A stretch of DNA of 64,000 nt, from assembly GCA_951406725.2 (NCBI GenBank), contig OX597815.1, positions 14,446,001 through 14,510,000 of the forward strand, in the 5' to 3' direction. Within the stretch, counting starts at the first letter, position 1, and the number at the start of each line of letters is the position of its first letter. Of this stretch, positions 13,192-27,267 are shown piece by piece. The position numbers were made by a program, and so were the translations under genes. The notes beneath the pieces were generated by a model, which saw only the letters and a program-made list of their open reading frames with translations, was not told where the DNA came from and searched no databases. This stretch comes from Octopus vulgaris (lineage: Eukaryota).

Positions 13192-13690
13192 GCTTCTTTA
13201 ATAGCTCCATACGAGTTTCTACTGCACAGCCTGGTGCACTTCTGCGCTTTCGAGACGGGTGCAGCATTGCATGATTTTATTGCTGTGTGGGCGGTGGGTG
13301 GTCGGATGTAGACGCCTTCTTTTGGTGCACTGCATCAGCTTAAGCAGCAATGGAGTTTAGCTTCTTCCATTGTACTAGTGCTTGTTGTGTGTGCATAGTG
13401 GGTTCTGTGAGTTGTGTTCCTTGTTGAAAAATTAATATTGTTGAGTATATGTTGCGTAAAATTTGCTGTATTATTTTATTATACACTAATTGTTTGGAGC
13501 GTGTTTGTATGTGAAGATTACTCTATCTGAGCTGTACTACTGAATCAATAATGTTTTGCGCAGGATATGGACTGTTCCTGCTAGAACTATCTTGGGATAG
13601 TGTGTATTACTTTTGTAAGCCTTAATATTACTTCAGCGCTTTTTATCATACGTAATTCTCAAAATATTATTTGTACCATTTTCACTTTAA
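13192..13690 (-). mobile_element. 3' end of an R4/Dong-like LINE (C-terminus and 3' UTR) ending in (TAA)n
   Basis: Minus strand about 13600-13545 encodes KIVLAGTVHILRKTLL, typical of the C-terminus of RLE-type LINE ORFs. Confidence 0.6.
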
Positions 13691-14227
13691 TACCCACATC
13701 TAAAATATTTTCGTTTCAAGATCGTTCAACTAAGACAGTTTTTTCCACTTCCTTTGGGGAAATATTTTGATGAGGATTGATTGCAATATCTCTCAGTATG
13801 CATGCATGTGTTCGTGCGTGTGCATGTGTGTGTGTGCGTGTGTGTGTGTGTGTGTATGTGTGTGTGTACGGGCGTGTGTGTATTTTCTTTTTCTTTCTTT
13901 TAGCTTTCATTTTTAGTGCTTGATTTTTTAGTCTTGGCTTACAGTCGCCGTTAAGGCTGGAAAGATGGCGTTAAAGCTGCCGTCCCAAACACTATTCACC
14001 CACCTTCCTGTATCTTATCGAAAATTTCAATGCCAGTCTTTAATTTCTTTTTAAATGTCAACGTTCCAGGGATAAAAATTAAAAAAATTACCGAAACAAA
14101 ACATAACGGTCTTATTCCTCAGAATTCTTGTCAGTTTAGCAACAACGCAAAACAAGAATTTTTTAACATAAACTTTTTAAAACATACGAGAGACCTGACG
14201 CACGACATATATATTTTTATTATCATA

Positions 14228-14582
14228 CTAGCAATATCGCCCGGCGTTGCTCGGATTTGTTTCGACCCTTTAGAATTGGAATTTTTGAAAAGTAAAAATT
14301 TTGCATTATGTACCTTGTTATTCTCTTTAAGTGGACATTTTTCTGGTTGAAATACACCGACAAATCGCGACACAGAAGACAAAAAAATCGTAAAAAATAG
14401 GGAATTTTCATAGAAAAAAAGCACCTTTTTTATGTAAATAATTTTTGCTGTTAACCTGGTCTTATTTGAATGTTTTCTTATACTTTGGTGAACTTGCGCC
14501 GCAGGGTCTCGGAGGAGATAGTGTTAGTTGAAGGCTACCAAACCTGCCATACACAGACAACTTCAGCTTTATATATATATAG
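14228..14582 (-). mobile_element. Non-autonomous Helitron
   Basis: Minus strand starts TCTATATATATAAAGCTGAAGTTGTCTGTG and ends with the hairpin plus TTGCTAGT. Confidence 0.75.
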
Positions 14583-15370
14583 ATATATTATTATTACCAT
14601 TGTTATTACTATTGCTATGGTAATTGTTGCTGTTACCATTGCTGTTGTAGTTATTATCGAAATATTTTTATTACATAACCAAGCTTAGTTTTTGTGCCTG
14701 ATTTACTTGACGTGGTGGAAATCGTCGCAATTTTTCAAGTATCCAAACCTCGTTAACCAGCAACTACAACCACAACAACAACAAGAACAACATGTGACTA
14801 TCAACGATGGCAGAGACATCGAATATAGAAAAAAAACTAAACTGACAATAAATTCAACAATTATATAGACAACGGAAAATAAACAGAGAAGAAGAAAATA
14901 TCAATGAAAGAATTCAAGAAGAGAAAGAACATGAGTAGACTTAAAATATTTAAATATTCAATACATTATTTTAACAGCGTCACTATAGAAGAAGCTGTAT
15001 ACTGAATAATTGTAAGCTGTGTATTTCTTAATATCACATGGGATACATAAAATATTTGTTTTGTACACAACAATGGCGATTAAAATACTTGTCTCGTGAG
15101 CAAGTTGTCTTTATTGATTCTCTTTTGTCAGTCTGTTTCACCATCTGTAATAATAATAATTACTAGTAGGACCCGTAGAAATACCGCGCTTTATAAATGT
15201 TCGTGTTTTTTTTGTTTTGATGCATAAATTTATAGGTCTTCTGGAAATTGTATCTTTATGTTATTATGTTAAATATTTCGCCTATGCTTTCGATTTCGTG
15301 CTATAGTTAAGGTTGCTATAAGCGAAACACTTCATGTGTGTGTGTAGCAACAAGGAGAATAATAGTACAG

Positions 15371-15430
<60 letters not shown>

Positions 15431-15468
15431 TAATCAATAATAATAATAATAATAACAATAACAATAAC

Positions 15469-15546
<78 letters not shown>

Positions 15547-15547
<1 letters not shown>

Positions 15548-16101
15548 CCCTAATGTAGTACCAGACAGTAGCTCTCATGGCTTCTGATCTTAACTGATTG
15601 GAAGTGTTATCATGCACATTCTTTTGTCTTGGTATAAAAGATGGGCTACAGCAAATATTCTGCTCAATACCACAGATTTGCTTGTCAGTTGTTTAACCTT
15701 AACCAGTTAAGCATGTCCCTTAGTGGCTGACGATATGCGCACCTCTGATAACGAGCAGAAGTAACGGGAGAGCATCATAGCCATGTGTTGAGAGGAATTC
15801 TTTGGAGTTTGAATAATTCACCTCTGGAAACATGGGTGTTTCGTTCAACATCCTTAAACAATCCTTATTCAGGGACCTTTTAAACGGGATGGGCTACTCG
15901 ATCGGAAGAAAATTCTAACTGGGCCCCACCTGCAAGATTCATGCGCTGTTTATCTTGATATGAGATCACCATGTCGCGCACATGTGGTTGTGATGCATGT
16001 GCCTGGTGTACCCTTATCAGACGGGTAGTCATGATGGATATACTGAGCTTCGTATATTTTACCCCAGTGTCACTTTGATGGCATGCACCGCTCTCTCACT
16101 C
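15547..16101. mobile_element. ~555 bp non-coding element embedded in an (AAT)n tract
   Basis: Complex block bounded on both sides by (AAT)n; probably a non-autonomous microsatellite-targeting retroelement. Confidence 0.6.
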
Positions 16102-16173
<72 letters not shown>

Positions 16174-16640
16174 CCTGTCATAAGGCCTGAAATTTTGTGG
16201 TGTAAGGTAGGGGGTTAGTTGACTACATCGACCCAAGTGTTTCACTAGTACTCATTTTATCTATTGCGTAATGATGAAAGGCCAAGTCGACCTCGGCGGA
16301 ATGTGAAACCAGAACGTAAAGACGGACGAAATGCCGATAAGCATTTTGTCCGGTGTAATAACGATTCTGCCGGTAAGCATTGATATCAACAGCAAAAACA
16401 ATAATAACAATAATAATAATAATAATCCTTTCTACTAACGGCACAAGGCCTGAAATTTTACACAACAAATATTTATGTTCAAGGGAAAATGATAATAGAA
16501 GTATACATTTACACATGTGTGCCTGTGAACGCGTACTTGTGTATGCATGTTTGTATGTACGTATATATATTAGCATATATCTATATACTTGTGCACATAC
16601 ATATGCACAGACGCACACACACACAAGCATACACACACAA

Positions 16641-16679
<39 letters not shown>

Positions 16680-16811
16680 TGAGCATGCTACAGAAGGTAA
16701 CATGTCTATGAACGTATTTATGCATTTATGTCAACCAAAAACATAATTAGGGCCAGTGAAATGTATGTATGTATGTATGTATGTATGTATGTATGTATGT
16801 ATGTATGTATA

Positions 16812-17120
16812 TTCCAGTTGTTTAAGGTAGTATCGATATGTGACCCACGTCTCGCAGGCATAGAGAAGAGAAGGGAGCACACATGCCTTGTACACCTTTA
16901 ACTTTGTCTTTCTGCATATGTCTCGCCGACTCCAGAGGCGTGTTTCTAGCCTTCCGAAAGCAACACTTGCTTTCCTAATTCTATATGAAATTTCATCATC
17001 CACATTGCCATATCTGTTAATAGTGCTTCCCAGGTAGACAAACTGATCCACTACATCAAGTCGTTTACCATTCACATAGATATTTGGTACACTATACTGC
17101 TTACCAGGGGCAGGTTGACA
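16812..17120 (-). mobile_element. RTE-clade LINE fragment
   Basis: LDVVDQFVYLGSTI...RIRKASVAFGRL...VYKACVLPSLLYACETW. Confidence 0.9.
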
Positions 17121-17148
17121 TTGTAGATCTTTAGCTGGGCTAAAAAGT

Positions 17149-17276
17149 CACATGCGATCACAGCACCAGTAACAGTTAAGCTTAGTGCAATGGCCATACT
17201 CGATAACGAGGGGGCAACCATAATAATGTATGTATGTATATATGCGTGTAGATATCTAGAGAGAGAGAGAGAGAGT

Positions 17277-17339
<63 letters not shown>

Positions 17340-17572
17340 TTTACGAAAAAAACAAAAGACGAAGACAGGTGATGTACAAAACAAACAGATGTATTAGTAT
17401 AACGCTCAGGAATAGAAAAAGTATTTTACGTTTCGAGCCTACGCTCTTCTACAGAAAGGGTATCACAGCACATGCGATCACAGCACCAGTAACAGTTAAG
17501 CTTCGTGCAATGGCCATACTCGATAACGAGGGGGCAGCCATAATAATGTATGTATATATGCGTGTAGATATC

Positions 17573-17646
<74 letters not shown>

Positions 17647-17822
17647 ACGAAAAAAACAAAAGACGAAGACAGGTGATGATTTTCGCTCAGGAATAGAAAA
17701 GTATTTTACGTTTCGAGTCTTCCGATCACAGCACCAGTAACAGTTAAGCTTCGTGCAATGGCCATACTCGATAACGAGGGGCAGCCATAATAATGTATGT
17801 ATATATGCGTGTAGATATCTAT
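17149..17822. repeat. Three-copy local tandem duplication containing (GA)n
   Basis: gatcacagcaccagtaacagttaagctt near 17157, 17476 and 17724. Confidence 0.85.
17424..17458 (-). ncRNA. Minimal hammerhead-like motif (Penelope-type variant)
   Basis: Minus strand TAGAA-GAGC-GTAG-GCTC-GAAACGTA; related copies near 54272 and 57722; 5' core is non-canonical. Confidence 0.4.
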
Positions 17823-18665
17823 ATTTTTTCAGTTATCGCCCCTCGATTTATGAATAACGTGAAAACGTGTTCCGTGCAATTTAGCATTTATATTAATTAT
17901 ACACTGGAAAAGAATTAATGAAAAGTATAATCTGATAACTGGAGAGAATATATTTGATGAAAACTTAGAAATTTCGTAGCAGTTTTCGAATTGTATAGAA
18001 AAGAACCCAGGTTGATACACAAGACTTGAGAATAAGAAGAAATGCAATTTTCAGTGAGGTGGTCATTAGCGTAATTATGGGAAAAGAATTTCATTTCGTT
18101 CTTTCTGTGGTTGTTACATGTTTGCTCACCTATGTATTTTGCTATGTTCATTATACTTCGCCAAGTCTCTATACAAACTTTCTATTCATAGCCATCAAAT
18201 ATTTTTATCTATTTTTATTTATTTTTTTAAAATTTTATCTATGCTAGTCGAATATTAATATATTTATTTAATTAATATAGATACCAATTTGTCTGGAACG
18301 CGTTGTTCCAAAGATGACACGAAATGTCGAAAGAGCTTGTCTGCAAATATAGAAGGATTGAGTGCGGAATCTAAAATTAAATTAAATATTTAAAATTAAT
18401 TACCGAAACTTTTTTTTTGTTTCTTTTTTTATTTATTTATTTATTTTTTCTCTCAAATAATTTCTCATTGCAAAGAAACAAAGGCCAGCCAATAGGAAAC
18501 GTTCTTATAGTGTGATGATGATTTCAGACATACAAATATATGAAGTTCTTCACTAAATGCCGATCGATGGCTAAGAGTGGTCAGTCCTCAAAGTGAATGG
18601 TTGGAAAAAGTAAACACACATACGCATGCGCGCGCTATACAAAATGACCGAAATGATATATACAT

Positions 18666-19115
18666 ATAGCAAATGATAGCGGTCGAAAATTAAATATAAG
18701 AGAAACTTTATTGCTCACAACGATCGTTACGACCCATTTTGCATCGATCCCTCGCGGGTAGTCGTGGTGTATCGCGCGATGTAGAAGTGTCTCCTCAGAT
18801 GATTTTCCAAGGAGTATCTCGTTAAATAAGCCCTCTTTCATTTGGTTCTTATACAGCATGCCATTCCTGCCCAACGGCTTAAACCTACGGTCACTAACAA
18901 CATGCTGTATTAGAACCGAGCAAAATAGGATGTATTTAACAAGATACTCCGTGTAAAAATCACATGACGAAAAACTTTTGTACCGAGAGATGCATCACAA
19001 CCAGTTGCACAGTACCCCACCTATGAGGGATCGAGGCACGATGGGTCGAAAAGATCGTTGTGAGCAATAAAGTTTCTCGTATATCCCATTTTCAGTCTCT
19101 GTCATTTGCTATATA
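18666..19115. mobile_element. MITE/fold-back element with ~95 bp imperfect TIRs
   Basis: gagaaactttattgctcacaacgatc pairs with gatcgttgtgagcaataaagtttctc. Confidence 0.8.
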
Positions 19116-19194
19116 CTCGACGAACGCTGAGGAATTCCAGATATAGATCCAGCGACAATTATGTAAATACCGTGGATGACGTCAGATAGCCATA

Positions 19195-20434
19195 CGAGGG
19201 GCGTTCAATAAGTAATGCCCCTGATCCACTTGCATTTGTTTGATCTAGCTAAAATTTTGCATGTTCAATTATTTATATCTCTATAGAACAAGTGGCAAAT
19301 AACAGCTCTGAACCAATCGTGGTTTCTGATTTACAGGTGTTTGAACTGAGCCAAGTATGAGCCTGTTGAGTGTCGAGCAGTGATCCGGTTTTTGTATTTG
19401 AAAGGACGCACACCACGGGAGTCTTTTGATGAAATGAAAGTAACTTATGGTGATGATGCCCCATCATATGACCTTGTAAAACGCTGGCATCGTGAATTCA
19501 AACATGGTCGGAACTCTGTGGAAACAGCTCCCAGATCTGGTCGCCCTCATTCTGCCATTGATGAGGCATCTGTCCATCAAGTTGAGGCTGCCATTTTGGA
19601 AGATCAACGCATAACTATTCGCCAAATAGCCCATGAGGTCAAGATTAGTACTGGGTCTGTGGAAACTATCATTCATGACCATTTGCATATGCAAAAGGTG
19701 TCTGCCAGATGGATTCCCAGGCTGCTCACACCTTTCCAGAAGCAAGAATGTGTCGAGTGCTCGAGGATGAATTTGGAGATGTGCCAAGAAGATGAATCAA
19801 AATTTTTCAAAAGACTGATTACACAGCATGAAACCTGGGTCCATCACTATGCTCCAGAGACCAAAGCCAAGTCAATGCAGTGGGAACATCCTGACTCACC
19901 TCCTCCAAAGAAGGCAAGGGTGCAGCCCTCCGCTGGCAAGGTCATGCTCACAGTCTTCTGAGACCAGGACGGAGTAGTGATGACAGATTTCCTGGCAAAG
20001 GGTACCACAATTACAGGAGCCTATTATGCTTCAATTTTGAGGAAATTAAGAGAAGCTATCAAAATCAAGAGGCGGGGCAAGATCAGCAAAGGCATCTTCC
20101 TCCTGCATGACAACACTCCGGTCCACAAGTCGTGTGTCACCAGATCAGAAGCACAGGCGTGCGGCTATGATTTTCACCTTCCCAGCCATGAAGTTGTTTT
20201 TGAAAGGAAAGCGTTTCCCAGATGATGCAGCCTTGATTTCTGAAGTCACGTCGTGGTTGGAGGACCAAGCTGGAGTCTTCTACAAAAACGGTCTCCAGAG
20301 CAGCATCAAACGATGGAAGAAATGCGTAACTCTGGGTGATTCCTATGTAGAAAAAGACTAATAACTGTGCCAAGTTTCGTTGCTCTACTGCTGTGGAAAG
20401 TGGGTCAGGGGCATTACTTATTGAACGCCCCTCG
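19195..20434 (+). mobile_element. Full-length mariner transposon, inactive
   Basis: TIRs CGAGGGGCGTTCAATAAGTAATGCCCCTGA, TA target duplication at 19193-19194 and 20435-20436. Confidence 0.95.
19358..20361 (+). pseudogene. Mariner transposase pseudogene
   Basis: WIPR and SAGKVMLTVF motifs, HDN; first catalytic Asp reads His (TQHETW); TGA at 19959; the YSPDLAP region is deleted with a frameshift. Confidence 0.92.
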
Positions 20435-20711
20435 TAAGTGTCGACATGCTTCACCGGTTAACTACTAGGTAATTATCCAATATTTAAATAAAATTACTTA
20501 TATATATACATACATACACACATACACACATATACATACATATATATACACATAAAGTAAATAAACATCTTTTAAAATTGCATTTTCAAACCTTCTTTCG
20601 CATATATATATATTTATATATATATACAAGAGAGCAAAGTGTACGTATACCGCTATATTATATATAAAAAAGACAAAAATGGGACAAGAACACAAAACAT
20701 CCAGACAGGTG

Positions 20712-20828
<117 letters not shown>

Positions 20829-20893
20829 TAAACACATAAATGTGAAACAAGGTGGAAAAAAGAGTACTCAAATACCAGTGGTAGAGTAATATG

Positions 20894-21351
20894 CTTTATT
20901 TTAAGCAGCAGAAAATTCAACAAAATCTGTTACTCTGAGTTTCTCGTTGCCGTTCAGACAGTTTTTGTTAGAATGGAACCGATATATCAATTCAATCTAG
21001 ACTCTTACAAACGCTACACCTTTAAAAAGAAATGGACTTGTTTGATTGGCCCTTTAGAAAAAAACGGTCAATCTTCGAGCGATAAACAAAAAGGTCAAAA
21101 ATATATGTATATATATATAAAAAAGCTTATAAAAATTATAAAATCCGAGGAAAAAACCTTACATTGAATAAAATACATATTGACATTAATGAAGAAAGTA
21201 TAAATTAAGTATAAATTTTAAAGGTGTAGCGTTTGTAAGAGTCTAGATTGAATTGATATATCGGTTCCATTCTAACAAAAACTGTCTGATGAACGGCAAC
21301 GAGAAACTCAGAGTAACAGATTTTGTTGAATTTTCTGCTGCTTAAAATAAA

Positions 21352-21352
<1 letters not shown>
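20894..21352. mobile_element. Penelope-like fold-back fragment (~135 bp inverted arms) between (TA)n tracts
   Basis: 20894-21026 is the reverse complement of 21216-21352; each arm carries a hammerhead motif. Confidence 0.8.
21282..21319 (+). ncRNA. Type I hammerhead ribozyme motif
   Basis: ctgt-CTGATGA-ACG GCAA CGA-GAAA-CTC A GAG-TA-acag; GUA cleavage triplet; stem I ctgt/acag. Confidence 0.8.
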
Positions 21353-21425
<73 letters not shown>

Positions 21426-21707
21426 TTATATTTATATATATATATACATATTCATACATATCGTCCGTCTCTATATATACATACATATATAAATAAAAAT
21501 AATTAGAAGAATCAGTTTTTAGACGGAGTCCAATAAATGTCATCAAATACATGGAACAGTTTGTGATACTAATATGGATTATTTATTTAATTTAACCAGA
21601 TACGTTATCATATTATATCAGCTGGAACTCATCAGTGGATATTAATTAAATATTTAAATATTTAAAGTTTGTGCCTTTAGTTTTATTCTTTGTAATCATA
21701 TTAAAAT

Positions 21708-22042
21708 AATTTCGTTTCCTAACTAATTTATATGTTATTCCTTTCACACGCCAATTCAAATTCAGTACTGAATTTTACAAGCGTAACTTTGTTAGTATTC
21801 AGTTACTTTCGCTCCTATGATTATCTACTAATTACTCCCTCCCTGTATATCTACGTCAACATCGCCACGATTCTCCATTGATGGCGATGTTTACCTACAC
21901 ATATAAGCAAGGAGTTCTGAGTGGATAATCATACGAACGAATGGAAGTGAATACTAACAAAATTACGCTTGTAAATTTCAGTTCTGAATTTGAATTGGTG
22001 AGTGAAAGGAATGAAATAAAAATTAGTTACAAAACGAAATTA
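21708..22042. mobile_element. MITE/fold-back element with ~130 bp imperfect arms
   Basis: ccaattcaaattcag...tttacaagcgtaa pairs with ttacgcttgtaaa...ctgaatttgaattgg. Confidence 0.8.
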
Positions 22043-22141
22043 ATGGCGGTGCCCCAGCATGGCCACAGCTCGTGAGCTGAAACTAGATGAAATAAAAATA
22101 AAATAAATAAAATAATGTTTTAATAAGAATTTTCATCCGCA

Positions 22142-22696
22142 AATATATATATACATGAATGCACATATATATATATACATATATACATATATTTACATAT
22201 ACATACATATACGTGCATATACATACATATACATATATATATATATATGTACATATACATACATGTACATATACATATATATGTATACATACATATATAC
22301 GTATACATACATGCACATATTTATACATATATATACATTTATATACATATACATACATATATACATATATATATATACACATATATATATACATATACAT
22401 ATACATACATACAGATATATGCATACATATATATATACATATACATACATACACATATATACATGTATACATATACATACATGCACATATATATATATAT
22501 ACATATACATACAAACACATATATACATATATATACATGCATGTATATATACAAATACATCATATATATACATACATACACATACATATGTATCCATACA
22601 TATATATATATATACATCCATATATACATACAAATATTTATATACATATATATGCATACATAGACATGCATACATATACATGCACACATATACATA

Positions 22697-22739
<43 letters not shown>

Positions 22740-22957
22740 ATACATACATATATATGCATATAAATACATACATATACATATAAGTAAATACATATACATA
22801 CATACGTATATATACGTACATATACATAAATATATAAATATATATGTACATACATGTATATACATATGTATGCATACATATATATATTCATACATACATA
22901 CATACATACATACATACATACATACATACATACATACATACATGCATACATACATAC
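22142..22957. repeat. Degenerate (TA/TACA)n tract
   Basis: Seen directly. Confidence 0.95.
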
Positions 22958-23264
22958 CAGGTCATTCGTGAGGAATTATCAATCCGCGAATAGTACTTTA
23001 TAAGTTCTGTGTTATTACACCATGTTAACAATATAGTTTAGATTTTTAGATTAGTAAAGAACTTCACGTTTTCTTTTGGCATGGTACTATTCTATATAGT
23101 AAATTCATGGTTGTGTGCCAGTTATTCTGATTTTTACGCAAAGTGATATACAAGACAAGGCATAAATAATGGTCCTTACATATTTTTATTTTACTTCTAT
23201 AAAAAAAAATATGTAATGATCATTATTTATGCTTTTTCTTGTATATACGTGTATGCATGTATCT

Positions 23265-23676
23265 TTTATCTTTTAGTGGTTTCAGACTGCGGTCGTGCTG
23301 GAAATGACCAGGAAGAGTTTTTTAGTCGAATGAATCAACCCCTAATACTTATTCTTTGAAAGCCTGGTATTTATTCTATCGGCCTCACTAACATATAGTC
23401 GCTAACATTTAGGGACGTAAACACATCAACGTCGGTAGTCAAGGGATTGTGGGGGAACAAACACAGACACAAAGGCACACACTCACACACATACATATAT
23501 TTACTTATACAACGGGCTTCTTTCAGTTTCCGTCAACTAAATCTACTCACAAGACTTTGGTCGCTCCGAGACTATAGTAGAAGATGCCACGCTAAAGATA
23601 CCACGCAACTGGACTGAACCTGGAACCATACGGCTGGCAAACAAGTTTCTTACCACTACACAGTCACACCTGCGCC

Positions 23677-23677
<1 letters not shown>
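23265..23677 (-). mobile_element. SINE family A, older diverged copy
   Basis: Similarity along the whole length to 1108-1528. Confidence 0.8.
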
Positions 23678-23754
<77 letters not shown>

Positions 23755-23812
23755 TACGTACATGTGCGTGTGTCTGTGTCTGTGTGTGTGTGTGTGTCTT
23801 TATGTATGTATG

Positions 23813-23857
<45 letters not shown>

Positions 23858-23860
23858 ATA

Positions 23861-24871
23861 CAAGGGTTGGACAAAAGGGAAACACCTTAAAATTTCAAAC
23901 AAATTTATTTTAATGTGGGGTAGGACCTCCTTTGGCAGTAATTACAATTCTAAGAGGTATGGACTCGTACAAAGTTTGAATTGTCTCCAAAGGAATTTTT
24001 GTCGATTTCAGCTAAAATGTTTCCAGTTCTAGTAGTGATAATGGTGGAGGATATCGACTCCTGAATTGTTTTTCTAAAATGCACCATACATGTTCAATAA
24101 TATCGAGACTGTGGTGACCAGATAAGATGTTAAACTTCACTAGAATGTTAACCGCAGCATTCAGTAACAACTTTAGCTGTGTGAATTGGCGTATTATCAT
24201 CTTGAAAGATTGTGTTTCCCTCCGGAAACAGTTCCGCAACAATAGGATGAATTTGATCAGATAAAATGCTTAAATAGTCTTAACAATTAATTCTGCCATG
24301 AAAGGAAACTATTGTGCCAGCGGATTTCCAAGATATAGATCCCCCCCACCTCCCAACCCGATCATCACAGATCCTCCTCCATGTCTAACAGTTGGAAGAA
24401 GGCAATCTGGGTCAAATGCTTGACCCAGTGGTCAGAAATAGGGCCAGAAATAGGGTTAAGGATGACTCATCCAAGAAAATAACATTCTGCTGTAGGGACC
24501 AATTCTGTAGGCTTTTACTCCACTCTAAACGCTTTGCAACGTTTGTTTTTGAAAGTAGTGGTTTTCTGATTACATCCCTTCCGTGAAATCCGGCTTTGTA
24601 CAGCTCCCGGCGAACCGTTTTTGCGGAAACTGGGTTCTCGAGGTAGTTATTAAGCTCTGCAGTAATTTTGAGAGCTGTACACCGGTAGATCAGTCATTTT
24701 AATGACCTTTTCTGATGATATCTGAAAAGAAACAGCAATTTTAGCAAAACATATTCAACAACACTAATAATAAGTCAAAAACATAAAAATAAACAAGCTT
24801 TTGACGGTTTTATAGATATTTCAAAATTATGATGCTATGATGCTAGGTGTTTCCATTATTTTGTCCAACCC

Positions 24872-24874
<3 letters not shown>
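23861..24874 (-). mobile_element. Tc1-like transposon, internally deleted
   Basis: TIRs CAAGGGTTGGACAAAA / TTTTGTCCAACCCCTG inside (TA)n; transposase remnant LDIIEHVWCILE on the minus strand. Confidence 0.85.
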
Positions 24875-24903
<29 letters not shown>

Positions 24904-24910
<7 letters not shown>

Positions 24911-25606
24911 TAATAATAATTAAGGGTTTAGCAACAAGTTGCTTGACCACATACAGAAAATTTTAGAAAGAGCAGCCAAAAGACTGCTAATTCTTTTTTC
25001 TACAAAAATGTGTCTCCACAGATAACAATATTTGTAATTCACATAGGCAAAAAGAAGAAAAATAATTAAATCAAACAGTCTTCGATTAATTATGGACGCG
25101 TTTCTGGATTATAATTATTAAAATTCATTTCCGTTGTCGACATAATATTTCGAGAATTATAAATCTGAAAATGATAGGAAGAGTTACCCCCTGTATTTCT
25201 GCAGTACTATCTTGTGACGCACATGGTAAACTTGGAGGGAAATACTAATTCACTCGTCTATATAACTATGGATATGCTGATTAACCTTTGTATGTTCTGA
25301 TGGCCCATGGTCAGAAAAACAAGGGGTAAGTTTTCCTAGCATTTTCAGATTTATAATTCTCGAAATATTATGTCGATAACGGAAATGAATTTCTATAATT
25401 CTAATCCAGAAACGCGTCCATAATTAATCGAAGACTTTGATTTCATTATTTTTCTTCTTTTTGCCTGTGAATTACAAATATTGTTGTCTGTGGAGACATA
25501 TTTTTGTAGAAAAAAAGAAATAGCAGTCTTTTGGCTGCTATTTCCAAAATTTTCGCTATTTGGTCAAGCAACTTGTTGCTAACCCTTTAATTATTATTAT
25601 AATTAT
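24904..25606. mobile_element. Fold-back element with ~295 bp arms, Penelope-like
   Basis: 24904-25200 is the reverse complement of about 25315-25606; arms contain GAAACGCGTC (hammerhead 3' half); bounded by (TA)n. Confidence 0.75.
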
Positions 25607-25728
25607 AAATAAAAAATAACTTTTTGTTTAAGTTTTTACCGAATATGGTTCTTTTCCCTACCGAAAACTACTTGGTAAAATTTGTTAATTTTATTAAATT
25701 AATAATTTTTTACCCTCTATCTGAATTG

Positions 25729-25891
<163 letters not shown>

Positions 25892-26318
25892 TACTGTTCC
25901 GTGATGGTAAGATCAGCAAAAAAGTACTTATCTGGTGAGAGATAAATATTATTTAATAAACATATGTTTTTATGTGCAGCTATTAGTTTCATGTGCAGAG
26001 AGCATGCCAGACGCTATTGTTTACCATATCTGTGTTCTAGGACAATCATCAAGCACTGCCCATATGGCATAACGAACTAAAAATTGGACGATGGGATGAG
26101 AGAAGAAGCAACCAAATGGTGAGAAATTACTAGATATAAAAAGTGGAAGGTTGTAGAACCGGAGAACGTAAAAGCAAGTCAGAAAAAAGAAAAAAGAGAG
26201 AATTACAGGTATTTCTCCTTTGACCGTAAAATATAAGGCTGAAAAGATAGTGGCTTAGAATCTGTGGTACAGTTGTTCAATCCCGAGTGGGTGGCACTTT
26301 TTAATTCGTCAATTAATA

Positions 26319-26356
<38 letters not shown>

Positions 26357-26434
26357 TTTGAGGGAATATTATTCCTAACTTACTGGGGAAAATTCAATTT
26401 AGAAATACTAAATCAAATTTCATAAAATATAATA

Positions 26435-27170
26435 TATATATAAAAATTAGAAAAAAACACCTTTTATCAATTCAAGATGAAAACTTAAATTACACCATCT
26501 AGAAAATTACATATAATAGAAATATTAAATATAAGATGAAAAATAATATAGCGATGATTAAGTAATGTGCAAAATAATATGCAAAATAATAAATAAAATG
26601 TATATATTTGGTAGAATATATACGTTTATTGTTATTGAAATATTATCATTTTTATATATATTGATAGTTATAAGTTATGATAGTTATTAATTATGATATC
26701 TATTTATTTAGAATGATTTATTATTATTTTTATAAAGGGATCTAACATATTACATATAATTTAATTTGAGAATTAATTTTGTTAGACAATACATTATTTA
26801 ATAATTAGGTGGTATATTTATCAAGTAGTTTTATATTTAAGTAAATTAGGTTTTATATTAATTGATATTTTGGTCAACTATATTATTGAGTGATATATTA
26901 AATCTATAGATACTACACATATATTAATTATATAGTTAGTTTATTTAATGGGTTTGTCTATATTTGAACCATTTCTTATTTTGATTCCAGTATTTATGGC
27001 TTGTACTAGCGTTGTGTATATTAATTAATTTTAAGGTTTTAGTATTAATTGCTTAATGGGTATTAGACTGTATTTCGATGTTTATTAAATAAATATATTG
27101 ATTAATAATCTGATTTAATGTATATAGTTTAAAGTGTTGTATTTAGTTTTCACTTAATGTATATTTTGTA

Positions 27171-27267
<97 letters not shown>

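Noticed and set aside
21560-21640. CTGATGAG on the minus strand (also at 11241 plus and about 8080 minus)
   Set aside because: No matching GAAA and stem III found.
22083-22971. Long ORFs up to 270 aa (also at 4164, 8549, 12678, 25624, 37449, 60293)
   Set aside because: Translations of microsatellites that lack stop codons.
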